This document shows, in pieces, positions 42,663 through 51,698 of a stretch of 59,390 bases of DNA. A model generated the notes under the pieces. It was not told the origin of the DNA and did not search any database. It saw only the letters and a program-made list of their open reading frames with translations. The stretch comes from an uncultured Elusimicrobia bacterium. Its GTDB lineage: Bacteria; Elusimicrobiota; Elusimicrobia; UBA1565; UBA9628. Numbering within the stretch: position 1 is the first letter of the stretch; each line of letters begins with the position of its first letter. The stretch spans positions 1 through 59,390 of the forward strand of contig CAZURZ010000002.1 in assembly GCA_964623465.1 (NCBI GenBank), written 5' to 3'. Position numbers and translations under genes: made by a program.

Positions 42663-43936
42663 CGATCCCCTCCGGAACCGGCGAGCCGCTTCCAGCCCTG
42701 CGTTCGAGGCTGGAAGCGGTGCCGGCCGAGGAGGACGGCAAGCCGGTCTTCGTTCTCCGCGACCTCGAGGAGCTGACCGACAAGCCGCTGGCGCTGTCCG
42801 GCGGCGGGATGTTCCTGATCTCGCTGCTCGACGGGAAGCGCACGGCCGCCGATCTGGCGGCCGCGTTCAAAGAAGGGACCGGCTCGGAGATCGCCGTGGA
42901 CGTCGTGGCCGATCTCGCGCGCGCCCTGGACGAAGCCGGTTATCTGGAGACCCCCGCGGTCGCCGAGAAGCGGATCAAGGCGGCGGAGCTGTTCCGCGGC
43001 AACCCGAAGCGCCCCGCGGTCTTCGCCGGAACGGCCTACCCCGCGGAGTCGCTCCCCCTCGCCGGACGCCTCGGCGCGTTCTTCACCGCGGAGACGGGCC
43101 CCGGCAAGGACAAGGAAACCGAGCCCGCGAAGGCGCCCCCCCTCGGCCTCGCCGCGCCCCACATCGATTTCGCGCGCGGCGGCCCCGCGTACGCCTGGGC
43201 CTACCAGGCGCTCTCCGAGCGCCGGCCGCCGGACGTCGTGGTCGCGCTGGGCGTCGCGCACGTCTCCCCTGACTCGCCGTGGGTGTTCACCAACAAGAGC
43301 TACGAGACCCCCTTCGGCTCCATGGAAGTCGATGATGCCTTATACTCGCGCCTGTCCGAGCGCGTGTGGTACGAGCCGCGCGCCGACGAGTGGACCCACA
43401 AGAACGAGCACTCGCTCGAGTTCCAGGCGGTGTGGCTCAAGTACCTGTGGCGCGAGAAGGCGCCGAAGTGGGTGCCGATCCTCGTCTCCAGCTTCGAACG
43501 CTTCTCTCCGGACGAGGCGCCGTCGAAGATCCCCACCATCGAGAAGGCCATCAAGGACTTCGGCGCGGTGCTCGCCGCCGAGAAGGCGGCCGGCCGCTCC
43601 GTCGCCGTCTTATGCGGCATCGACCTCGCGCACGTCGGCCCGCGCTTCGGCGACGACGTGGAGATCACGCCCGAACTGGCGAAGAAGATCGAGGCCGAGG
43701 ACCGCAAATCGCTCGTCGACGCGCTGGCGCTCGACGCCGACGGCTTCTACCGCTCGGTCGTCGCGGACGGCCACTGGCGGAAAGTGTGCGGGCTCTCGGC
43801 CCTCTACACCGGCGTGCGCCTCATGAAAGCCCTGGGCGCGACCGAGCCGGGGCGGCTGCTGACCTACGGCCAGGCTCCGGATCCGGCCGGCGGAATCGTC
43901 TCTTTCGCCTCCGCCGTCTGGGACGCGAAGGCCTAG
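42659..43936 (+). CDS. MEMO1-family protein (AmmeMemoRadiSam system protein B-like) with N-terminal extension; start codon uncertain
   Basis: LGLAAPHIDFARGGPAYAWAY, ALGVAH, EHSLEFQ and CGIDLAHVGPRFGD motifs. The conserved-looking N-terminus (LPALRSRLEAVP..DGKPVFVLRD) has no in-frame ATG/GTG/TTG upstream. CTG at 42659 overlaps the protease stop as CTGA. Confidence 0.65.
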   Translation: MTIPSGTGEPLPALRSRLEAVPAEEDGKPVFVLRDLEELTDKPLALSGGGMFLISLLDGKRTAADLAAAFKEGTGSEIAVDVVADLARALDEAGYLETPAVAEKRIKAAELFRGNPKRPAVFAGTAYPAESLPLAGRLGAFFTAETGPGKDKETEPAKAPPLGLAAPHIDFARGGPAYAWAYQALSERRPPDVVVALGVAHVSPDSPWVFTNKSYETPFGSMEVDDALYSRLSERVWYEPRADEWTHKNEHSLEFQAVWLKYLWREKAPKWVPILVSSFERFSPDEAPSKIPTIEKAIKDFGAVLAAEKAAGRSVAVLCGIDLAHVGPRFGDDVEITPELAKKIEAEDRKSLVDALALDADGFYRSVVADGHWRKVCGLSALYTGVRLMKALGATEPGRLLTYGQAPDPAGGIVSFASAVWDAKA

Positions 43937-44418
43937 CCCCAGGCCAGGTCGACGGCCAGCCACGCCGCCATCAGCAGGGCCAGTCCCACGCGGGCGGCCG
44001 TGCCGACGAGGAGCCCCAAGGCCGCTCCCGCGCCGGCCTTCAGCGCCTGGTCGAACGCGCGCCGGTCCAGGGCGAGTTCGCACAAGGCGGCGCCCGCGAC
44101 GGCCCCGGCGACGATGCCGAGCGGACCGAAGAAGAGGCCGATCGCCGCGCCGGCGGCCGCGCCCAGCGCGGCCCAGCGCCCGCCGCCGAAGCGCTTCACC
44201 CCGGCGATCCCGCACAGCACGTCGACGACGACGCTGAGCGCGGCGAGGACGGCCAGGACGGCGAGGGTCCAAGCCGAAACGTAGCCGGGAAGCAGCCAGC
44301 GGTGGAGCACCGCGGCCGCGAGGATCAGCGGCGCCCCGGGCAGAGCGGGCACGACCGCGCCCGCCACGCCCAGCGCCGCGAGGAGCACCGTCGCGGCCCA
44401 CACCGAGGCCGGGCTCAC
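43933..44418 (-). CDS. DUF456-family membrane protein
   Basis: The GTG start overlaps the upstream stop (GTGA at 44415-44418). Four Gly/Ala-rich TM helices fit the family pattern (PGAPLI, GIAGVKRFGGG). Confidence 0.7.
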   Translation of the reverse strand: MSPASVWAATVLLAALGVAGAVVPALPGAPLILAAAVLHRWLLPGYVSAWTLAVLAVLAALSVVVDVLCGIAGVKRFGGGRWAALGAAAGAAIGLFFGPLGIVAGAVAGAALCELALDRRAFDQALKAGAGAALGLLVGTAARVGLALLMAAWLAVDLAWG

Positions 44419-44927
44419 CGCAGGCCCTCGCGCAGGAGCCGGGCGCCGAACGCCAGGAACAGCGCGACCATCGCGCTCGCGCAGGCGTCGGCGACGCGCT
44501 CGCCCGCCGGAGCCGGCGCGTCCTGCGCGAGCAGTTCCCCGTCGAGGAAGCGCGGACCGCGCCGGCCCCGGCTCAGCCACGCCTTGTACGCGAGCGCGGC
44601 CCCGGCCAGGAGCAGGAACGCGCCCCCGGCCGCGGCGCTCCGCCCGCCCTCGCGCACGGGGAAGGGCTCCCGCCCCGCCGCGGCCGCCCACAGCAGACCG
44701 AGGCCGATCCCCGCGAAGAACAAGCCTCCGAAGCGGTAGGCCAGCACGAGGCCGCGCCGCCGGCCCGGATCCGTCTCGCGCGGCTCCGGCACGCCGGCCG
44801 CCTGGCGCCACTGGCGCTCCCATGACAGGGCGTCCTCCGCGCTGCGGCGCGCGGCGGCCGCCAGGGAGGTCCCCATCAAGGCGAAGAGGGCGCCGGCGAA
44901 GAGGGTCCACTCCCGGGCGAAATCCAT
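44415..44927 (-). CDS. hypothetical membrane protein
   Basis: 170-aa ORF with four hydrophobic helices, translationally coupled to the DUF456 gene. Confidence 0.5.
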   Translation of the reverse strand: MDFAREWTLFAGALFALMGTSLAAAARRSAEDALSWERQWRQAAGVPEPRETDPGRRRGLVLAYRFGGLFFAGIGLGLLWAAAAGREPFPVREGGRSAAAGGAFLLLAGAALAYKAWLSRGRRGPRFLDGELLAQDAPAPAGERVADACASAMVALFLAFGARLLREGLR

Positions 44928-44934
44928 GCCGGGA

Positions 44935-46236
44935 TTATAGGCTTTTGGGCGCGGCGAGGTCGCCGTCGGCGGGAACGCGCGCCTGCTTCCAGACGAAGGA
45001 GAACTCCCCGCCGAAGGCGGCCGCGTCCGCGGGCGCGGTGGTGAACAGGTCGTTCTCGAAATTGAACAGCTCGGCGTTCTGGGAGAAGTTGTAGGAGCCG
45101 CTCATCAGCATGGCGCCGTCGAACAGCGCGTACTTGTGGTGCATCACGCCGAGGCCGTCGCGGCCGCCGCTCAGGCGCAGCTCCACGCCGCCGTCGGCCA
45201 GCGCGCGCACCGCCTGAGAGCGGCGCGACTGCCCGGCGTCGGCGACCACGCGCACCGCGACGCCGCGCTTCTTCGCGGCGACGAGGGCGGAGGCGACGCG
45301 CTGGGAGTACATGCTGAAGATCGCGACCTCGATGCGGCGGCGCGAGCGCCCGATCGCGTCCACGAGCAGGTCCTCGACGCCGCCTTCGGGCGAGAAGGCG
45401 TAGCGCGGATAGGCGCCGCCCGCGAACGACACCGGCCGCGACGGATCGGAGGGCGGCGCCCCGAAACCGGCGCCCGCGGGGCCGCCCGCGATCGAGAAGA
45501 CCGCGTCCTCGTCCTCCTCCGCGCCGAAGGTCCCGGACGCGAGCTCGGCGGCCGCGGCCGACGGCTCCTTGGCCAGCGGCCACATCCACCTCCAGCAGCG
45601 GGCGAAGCCGTCGACGAGAGCCGGATCGTCCTTGAACACGGCGTTCTCGAAGTGCTTTTCGTCGGCCGCGCGGGTCCAGTTGAAGGAGCCCGTGAACAGC
45701 AGGGCCCCGTCGAACACGGCGAATTTGTGGTGCATGATGCCGAACGAACCGCCTCCCTTGAGCAGGCGGACCGGCACGCCCGCCGCGAGCAGGGCCTGAT
45801 ACTCCGCCGAGGGCCCCTTGCCCGTCGCCGGATCGGCGGGCCCCTTGGCGTGGCCCATGTCGTAGATCACGCGCACGTCCACCCCGCGCCGGTGGGCGCG
45901 GACGATCGCGTCCCCGAGCTCGGCCATCTTCAGGTCGTACAGCGCGAGCAGCAGGCTCTTCTCGGTCTTGTCGATCGCCGCGACCAACGACGCGGGAATG
46001 CGGTCGGTCCGGCTGAACTGGATCCCTTTGAGGACCAGCCCCCTGAAGGCGACGGTCGGGACGGCCGGCGCCGCGGCCGGAAGCGCGGGCGGCGGCGCCG
46101 GCAGGGGACGGGCCGGCAGAGGCAACGGCTGGGCGAGGAGCGACCAGGACGCGTCCGGAAGGGAGGCCCGGGCCGGAAGGACGGCGGCGAGCAGAAGGGC
46201 GAGGGGTGCGCCCGGGAGTCTCACGAGCTTGAGCAT
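44935..46236 (-). CDS. phospholipase D-family protein with two HKD motifs, secreted
   Basis: Signal peptide. HHKFAVFDG...GSFNWT and HHKYALFDG...GSYNFS are two HxKx4D motifs. GAGGAAAGG Shine-Dalgarno sequence is present. Confidence 0.85.
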   Translation of the reverse strand: MLKLVRLPGAPLALLLAAVLPARASLPDASWSLLAQPLPLPARPLPAPPPALPAAAPAVPTVAFRGLVLKGIQFSRTDRIPASLVAAIDKTEKSLLLALYDLKMAELGDAIVRAHRRGVDVRVIYDMGHAKGPADPATGKGPSAEYQALLAAGVPVRLLKGGGSFGIMHHKFAVFDGALLFTGSFNWTRAADEKHFENAVFKDDPALVDGFARCWRWMWPLAKEPSAAAAELASGTFGAEEDEDAVFSIAGGPAGAGFGAPPSDPSRPVSFAGGAYPRYAFSPEGGVEDLLVDAIGRSRRRIEVAIFSMYSQRVASALVAAKKRGVAVRVVADAGQSRRSQAVRALADGGVELRLSGGRDGLGVMHHKYALFDGAMLMSGSYNFSQNAELFNFENDLFTTAPADAAAFGGEFSFVWKQARVPADGDLAAPKSL

Positions 46237-46348
46237 AGGCCTTTCCTCATGGGTCCGCCTGGGCCGTCGGGCCCATATGAATATAGTACCAAAGTCCTAC
46301 GCCGCCTTCCCTGGACGACCGGCGCGAGGACTGCTAGGATTGACGCGC

Positions 46349-48085
46349 GTGAAGCTTCCCAAGGAGTGGTCGGTGTACCTGGTGCGCTGCGCGGACGCGA
46401 GCCTCTACACCGGCATCGCGAAGGACGTCGCCGCGCGCGTCGCCGCCCACAACGACGGACGCGGCGCGGCCTACACGCGCTCGCGCCTGCCGGTGCGCCT
46501 CGTCTATCAGAAGAAGGGCTTCACCCGCTCCACCGCTTCGATCGAGGAAGCCCGCATCAAATCGCTCGAACGCCCCGCCAAGCTGGCCCTCGTCGCCCGC
46601 TCCCTGCGGCGCGCCGCCGGCGCGCTGGCCCTCCTCTGGGCCGCGGCCTCCCCGGCCGCCGCCCTGCCCGTGTTCGTGCCCGAGAACGCGGTCGTGCTGT
46701 CCTCGGCGGCCCCGCAGGCCTTCACCGGGGAGTCGACGTACGCGCCCCTGCGCATGTACTACCTCCCCGCGATCTCCAGCGGGGTGCCGCACACGAGCTC
46801 GGGCCCGGCGATCCTGTCCGCGACCTCGGTCAACGGCTTCGCCTGGACCAAGGAGTCCGGCGTGCGCGTCGACACGAACACGGTCCCGTCCGTGTCCGCC
46901 AGCTCGATCACCGGCTGCTCCCTCCAGCCGCTCACCGCCGGCGGCTTCCGCATGCTCTACTCGATCGTGTCGACCACCGGCGCCTACCGCATCCACTCGG
47001 CGACCTCGGCCGACGGCCTGGCCTGGGCGAACGAAAGCGCGACGCACGTCGACGCGGGGACCATCGCCTTCGTCGCGCACCCCAAGGTGGTCGTGCTGAA
47101 CTCGGGGGACTGGCGCATGTACTACATCGCCGGCTCGACGACCACCACGGCCGACCGCACGATCCGCACCGCCCGCTCCACCGACCAGGGCGCCTCGTGG
47201 GGCTCCTTCGCCGTCGCCTTGTCCACTCTCGCCTACGAGGTCGGCGCCTCCAAGCTCGCCGACAACAAGATCCGCCTCTACTACACGCAGGCCCTGGCCG
47301 CCGGCTCGAGCGCGACCGTGATCGCCAGCGCCCTGTCGAGCGACGCGCTGGGGACGTCCTTCACCCAGGAAACGGGCTTCCGCGTCTCGACCGGCGTGAC
47401 GACGGGGGCCCTCGCCTTCCCCGTGCCCGCGCGCTCCACGGATTCCTTCCGCTGGCGCCTGTACTACGCCGCGTACGAATCGTTCAACTCGACCGGCGAC
47501 GCGCGCTCGGCCCTGACCGGCTCGCCGGCGCCCGTCTCGATCTCGCCCAACACCGTGTACGCGAGCGCCGGCTCGATCCCGCTCACGATCAAGGGCGAGG
47601 TCTTCTCGACCGCTCCCGGCGTCTCGATCACGCGGGGCGCGACGACCATCGCCGGGACGAGCGTCAACCGCAGCGACGACCAGACGATCACGGCGAACTT
47701 CGCCACGCAGGGCCAGGCTGTCGGAACCTGGGACGTCACCGTCACGAACGCGGACGGCGTCGCGACGACCGCGTCCAACCTGCTGACGATCGATTTCGCC
47801 CCCGGCGTCGTCGTGCTGACCAACAACCTCCTGCGCCCGCGTCTGGGCGGGAGCACGACGGTCGACATCACGACCTTCAACCCCGGCCCGGTGACCGCGC
47901 GCGTGTACGACCTCGAGGGCCGGCCGGTCAACACGCTCTTCGAGGGCTACCAGCCCGCAGGTGCGTTCACCGTGACCTGGAACGGGCGCTCCGCCTCGGG
48001 CGCGGCCGCCCCGAGCGGCGTGTACTTCGTCCAGGTGACCGGCCCCAAGATCAACCAGAAGAGCAAGATCGTCCTGATCCGATGA
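46349..48085 (+). CDS. fusion protein: N-terminal GIY-YIG (YhbQ/UPF0213-like) domain + signal-peptide-like helix + BNR-type repeats + Ig-like domains + FlgD-Ig/T9SS-type C-terminal domain
   Basis: GTG at 46349 (or TTG at 46340). The GIY-YIG part reads WSVYLVRCADASLYTGIAKDVAARVAAHNDGRGAAYTR...EEARIKSL. It continues into RSLRRAAGALALLWAAASPAAALP with no stop and no canonical start codon between the two parts. SxDxGxxW-like units (STDQGASW, SADGLAW) follow. The C-terminus is VYDLEGRPV..L....AG...V.WNG....G...PSGVYFV. Confidence 0.65.
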   Translation: MKLPKEWSVYLVRCADASLYTGIAKDVAARVAAHNDGRGAAYTRSRLPVRLVYQKKGFTRSTASIEEARIKSLERPAKLALVARSLRRAAGALALLWAAASPAAALPVFVPENAVVLSSAAPQAFTGESTYAPLRMYYLPAISSGVPHTSSGPAILSATSVNGFAWTKESGVRVDTNTVPSVSASSITGCSLQPLTAGGFRMLYSIVSTTGAYRIHSATSADGLAWANESATHVDAGTIAFVAHPKVVVLNSGDWRMYYIAGSTTTTADRTIRTARSTDQGASWGSFAVALSTLAYEVGASKLADNKIRLYYTQALAAGSSATVIASALSSDALGTSFTQETGFRVSTGVTTGALAFPVPARSTDSFRWRLYYAAYESFNSTGDARSALTGSPAPVSISPNTVYASAGSIPLTIKGEVFSTAPGVSITRGATTIAGTSVNRSDDQTITANFATQGQAVGTWDVTVTNADGVATTASNLLTIDFAPGVVVLTNNLLRPRLGGSTTVDITTFNPGPVTARVYDLEGRPVNTLFEGYQPAGAFTVTWNGRSASGAAAPSGVYFVQVTGPKINQKSKIVLIR

Positions 48086-49008
48086 CGCGCGCCCTGCTCG
48101 CCGCCGCCGTCCTCTCCCTGCTCGCCGCGCCCGCGTCGGCCGCCGGGGCGGCGACTTTGCGCCGCGCGCTGTCGACTCGCGCGGCGGGCATGGCGAACGC
48201 CTACTCGGCGGTGCCGGGAGGGCTGTCCTCGCTGAGCACCAACCCCGCCGGCCTCGCCGCCGCACGCAAGCCGGAGCTCGACAGCGCGTTCGCCAGCGGG
48301 GTGCTCGACGACACCTTCGGCTTCATCGCCGGAGGACGGCCGCTTCCGCTGGGCGTGCTCGCGGCGGGCCTGTCGTACTACGACGCGGGCAAGGTCGATC
48401 TGCATTTCACCGGCGGAACCACCGAGACCCGGACCGCGCAGCGCGACTTCGTGGGCCACCTGGGCTGGGGCGTCGCCTTGCCCGGCGGCCTCTCCGCCGG
48501 CGCGACCGGCAAGTTTTACCGCTTCGAACTGGCGCAGGAAGCCAAGGCCTCGGGAGCCGCGGCCGACTTCGGCGCGCAGTGGCGCACGCCGGTCAAAGGC
48601 CTCGCCCTGGGCGCCGCCGTCCAGAATCTCGGCCCCGGCCTCCGCTACGAGAGCGAGCGCGAACCCCTGCCGACCGCCGCGCGCGGCGGCGCCTCCTGGT
48701 CTTGGGCCAGCCGCGAGCCCGCCAAGGACGCGGAGTCGACGATCGCCGGAACGCGCTTCCTCGCCGTCGCCGAGGCGCTCAAGGAGCGCGACGTGAAGAC
48801 CGCGGGCGCGCTCGGGGCCGAGATCGCCATGGATTTCTCGGAACGAGCCGCGATCGCGCTGCGCATGGGCTGGACGCTGAACTCGGACGCTTCGCGCCTG
48901 AGCGTCGGCGTGGGCATCCGCGAAGGCCGCTGGACGCTCGATTACGCCCTCGGCGAGAAGCGCACGCTCGGCCAGACCCACCAGGTCGGCTTCGGCGTTC
49001 GATTCTAA
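48082..49008 (+). CDS. PorV/PorQ-family outer-membrane protein
   Basis: The ATG overlaps the previous stop (ATGA at 48082-48085). A signal peptide is followed by AAGMANAYSAVPGGLSSLSTNPAGLA. The sequence has a beta-barrel pattern and ends in VGFGVRF. Confidence 0.65.
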   Translation: MTRALLAAAVLSLLAAPASAAGAATLRRALSTRAAGMANAYSAVPGGLSSLSTNPAGLAAARKPELDSAFASGVLDDTFGFIAGGRPLPLGVLAAGLSYYDAGKVDLHFTGGTTETRTAQRDFVGHLGWGVALPGGLSAGATGKFYRFELAQEAKASGAAADFGAQWRTPVKGLALGAAVQNLGPGLRYESEREPLPTAARGGASWSWASREPAKDAESTIAGTRFLAVAEALKERDVKTAGALGAEIAMDFSERAAIALRMGWTLNSDASRLSVGVGIREGRWTLDYALGEKRTLGQTHQVGFGVRF

Positions 49009-51267
49009 ATGTCTCGCCGCCGCCGTCGCGGCGAATTCCTCCTCTGGGCCGCGATCGCCGTCCTGATGGGGCTCGGCCTCGCGGGCGCCTGGCTCGTCCT
49101 TCAGGCCCAACGCAAGCTCTCCACGCTGGTCCTGGACGGCCTGGGCGAGAGCTTCACGACCCGGGTCTGGTCGGCCCCGTTCGTCGTGAGGGACGGCGCG
49201 CTCGGCGAGGCGCAGCGCCTCGTCGAGCGCCTCGACCGTCTCGGCTACCGCCGCGTGGACGGGGTTCCCGCGCGCGGCGAATACCGCTGGACGCCGCCCG
49301 AGCTCGGCGTCCATCTGCGCGGCCACCGCGTCCCGGGCTCGGCGCAGGCCGACGGCTTCTTCGTTCTGCGCCGCTCCGCCGTCGGGGCCTGGAGCCTGTT
49401 CGACGGGCTCGGAGGCTCCGTGCCGGAACTGAGGCTGGAGCCCGAGCTGGTCGTCGAGCTCTCCGCCGGCCGCTCCGAACGGCGCGAGCCCGCCGCGTGG
49501 GAGCAGCTCCCCTCCGCGCTCAAGGACGCCGTGATCGCGACCGAGGACAAGCGCTTCTGGAGCCACCATGGCCTGGATTTCCGCGCGATGGCCCGCGCGG
49601 CCCTGTCGAACCTGCGCGGCGGCGAGCTCCAGGGCGCGAGCACGATCACCCAGCAGCTCTCGAAGAACCTCTTCCTCTCGCCGCGGCGGACGTTCTCCCG
49701 CAAGCTCGCCGAGGCGGGCCTGGCGCTCTACCTCGAACTGCGCCTCGACAAGACGCGCATCCTGACGCTCTACTTGAACCACATCTACCTGGGCCAGGAC
49801 GGGCCCGCGAGCGTGATGGGCGCGCGCTCGGCGGCGCGGCACTACTTCTCCAAGGACGTCGCCGACCTGACGCTGGCCGAGTCGGCACTGATCGCCGGAG
49901 TCATCCGCGGACCGGGCCTCTACAACCCCTTCCGGGATCCGTCCGCCGCCAAGGCGCGCCGCGACCACGTCCTGCGGCGCATGCGCGAGGAAGGCATGCT
50001 GACCTCGCCCGAGCTCGCCGCCGCGCTCGCCGCCCCCCTCGAGCTCAGCCGCGGTTCGGGGCCCGAGGACCGGCGCGAGTCGGCCTACTACGCCGCCGAA
50101 GTCGTGCGCCAGCTGCTCCCGCGCTACGGCGGCGACGCCCTGTACCGGCACGGGCTGTCGATCCACACCGCCATGGATCCTCTCCTGCAGGGCGCGGCGC
50201 GGCGCGCCCTGGCGGCGTCTCGCGCCCAAGCCGCCCTCGTCGCCCTCGATCCGCGCGACGGCTCGGTGCTCGCCCTGACGGGCGGGCGCGACTTCTCGGA
50301 GAGCCAGTTCAACCGCGCGACGCAGGCTCAGCGCCAGCCCGGCTCGACGTTCAAGCCGTTCGTCTACGCGGCCGCCCTGGAGATGCACCTGACCCCTGCC
50401 ACGATCCTGCGCGACAAGCCCAAGACCTACCCCGGCTCAGGAGCGCAGGGCTGGTCGCCGGCCAACTACGAGGGCGTCTACCACGGCACCGCGACGATGC
50501 GCGCCGCGCTGGCGCGCTCGCTCAACGCCGCGACGCTGGACTTGGCCGAGCGCGTCGGCCTCAAGCGCATCCAGGACACGGCGCGCGCCTGCGGGATCTC
50601 GAGCCCGATGCGCTCCGACCTCGGCCTGGCCTTGGGGGCCTCGGAGGTCGGCCTGCTCGAGCTCGCCGCCGCGTACCAGCCGTTCGCCGCGCTCGGCCGG
50701 CGCGCGAGCCCCCGCCTGGTCACGGCGGTCGTCGATGCCGACGGCGCCGTCCTCGAGGCCGCGATGCCCGAGACGACGCCCGCCTTGGATCCCGCGGTCG
50801 CCTACCTGACGCACTCCCTGCTCGAAAGCGCGACCCGCGAAGGGACCGCGAGGGGGCTGCGCGCCCTCGGCGTGACGTTTCCGACGGCGGGCAAGACCGG
50901 CACGACCAACGACGGCCGCGACGCCTGGTTCGTCGGCTACACGTCGTCCCTGCTCGCCGGCGTCTGGGTCGGCGACGACCGCAATCGCGCCCTCAAGCTG
51001 ACCGGCGCCAAGGACGCCCTGCCGCTGTGGGCGGCGTTCATGAAGGAGGCCTCCGCCGACCGCCCCGGCGAGCCGCTCGTCCGCCCCGATTCGGTCGTCG
51101 AGACGGTCGTGTGCCCCGAGTCCGGCATGGTGGCGCGTTCCGGCTGCCCGCGAAAACTCGACGAGCTGTTCATCGCCGGCGACGAGCCGCGCAGCGACTG
51201 CGCCCTGCACCGGGGCGGCTTGGCCGGCTGGCTTCAGCGCATGCTGGGCGGAAACAAGGCGCCCTAG
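49009..51267 (+). CDS. class A penicillin-binding protein (glycosyltransferase + transpeptidase)
   Basis: GT51 motifs ATEDKRFWSHHG and GASTITQQL. Transpeptidase motifs STFKP, SLN and KTGTT. An N-terminal membrane anchor is present. The ATG directly follows the previous TAA. Confidence 0.9.
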   Translation: MSRRRRRGEFLLWAAIAVLMGLGLAGAWLVLQAQRKLSTLVLDGLGESFTTRVWSAPFVVRDGALGEAQRLVERLDRLGYRRVDGVPARGEYRWTPPELGVHLRGHRVPGSAQADGFFVLRRSAVGAWSLFDGLGGSVPELRLEPELVVELSAGRSERREPAAWEQLPSALKDAVIATEDKRFWSHHGLDFRAMARAALSNLRGGELQGASTITQQLSKNLFLSPRRTFSRKLAEAGLALYLELRLDKTRILTLYLNHIYLGQDGPASVMGARSAARHYFSKDVADLTLAESALIAGVIRGPGLYNPFRDPSAAKARRDHVLRRMREEGMLTSPELAAALAAPLELSRGSGPEDRRESAYYAAEVVRQLLPRYGGDALYRHGLSIHTAMDPLLQGAARRALAASRAQAALVALDPRDGSVLALTGGRDFSESQFNRATQAQRQPGSTFKPFVYAAALEMHLTPATILRDKPKTYPGSGAQGWSPANYEGVYHGTATMRAALARSLNAATLDLAERVGLKRIQDTARACGISSPMRSDLGLALGASEVGLLELAAAYQPFAALGRRASPRLVTAVVDADGAVLEAAMPETTPALDPAVAYLTHSLLESATREGTARGLRALGVTFPTAGKTGTTNDGRDAWFVGYTSSLLAGVWVGDDRNRALKLTGAKDALPLWAAFMKEASADRPGEPLVRPDSVVETVVCPESGMVARSGCPRKLDELFIAGDEPRSDCALHRGGLAGWLQRMLGGNKAP

Positions 51268-51698
51268 GGCGCCGCGTACGCCCGCGCCGTGACCTCGGTG
51301 CAGAGCTTGCGGTATATCCCCAGGATGCTGAACACGCGCTGATCGACGCGCACGTCGTAGATTCCCGCCGTCTCCGGCCTCTGCGCCTTGATGTGCGCGA
51401 CCGCCTTCTGGAAGCTCCCGTCGCCGTGGGCGCCGGTGATCGACGTCCCGCGCACGTCGGCGGTGATCGGGATGGACAGGCCGCGCTGACAGGAGGTGCC
51501 GGTCACCGTGCCGAGCGGGCGCGCCCCCTGGGGGATGTCCTTTGGCGTCATCGTCACGAAGGACAGCGGACCCGTCGAATTGTAGTACAGCATCAGACCG
51601 CCCGCGGGGATGAGCCCGGGCGTCGCGACGTCCTCGTCGTTCTCGCCTCGCGCGCCCGCGGACGCCGCGAGCAGGACGACGAGCATCAGCGCCTTCAC
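51264..51698 (-). CDS. TRL-like family lipoprotein/secreted protein (second copy)
   Basis: The GTG start overlaps the upstream stop (GTGA at 51695-51698). Its layout matches the neighbour (G.V.G.SC...L.......GD.S...A..........IYDV..D......LG.Y...C..V.G.A). Confidence 0.6.
   Translation of the reverse strand: MKALMLVVLLAASAGARGENDEDVATPGLIPAGGLMLYYNSTGPLSFVTMTPKDIPQGARPLGTVTGTSCQRGLSIPITADVRGTSITGAHGDGSFQKAVAHIKAQRPETAGIYDVRVDQRVFSILGIYRKLCTEVTARAYAAP

Noticed and set aside
42600-42720. Programmed -1 frameshift fusing the serine protease and the MEMO-like protein
   Set aside because: The MEMO frame is -1 relative to the protease frame and a hairpin is present. However, there is no slippery heptamer at a suitable distance, and the hairpin lies after the stop codon. 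Termination-reinitiation at CTGA is the simpler reading.
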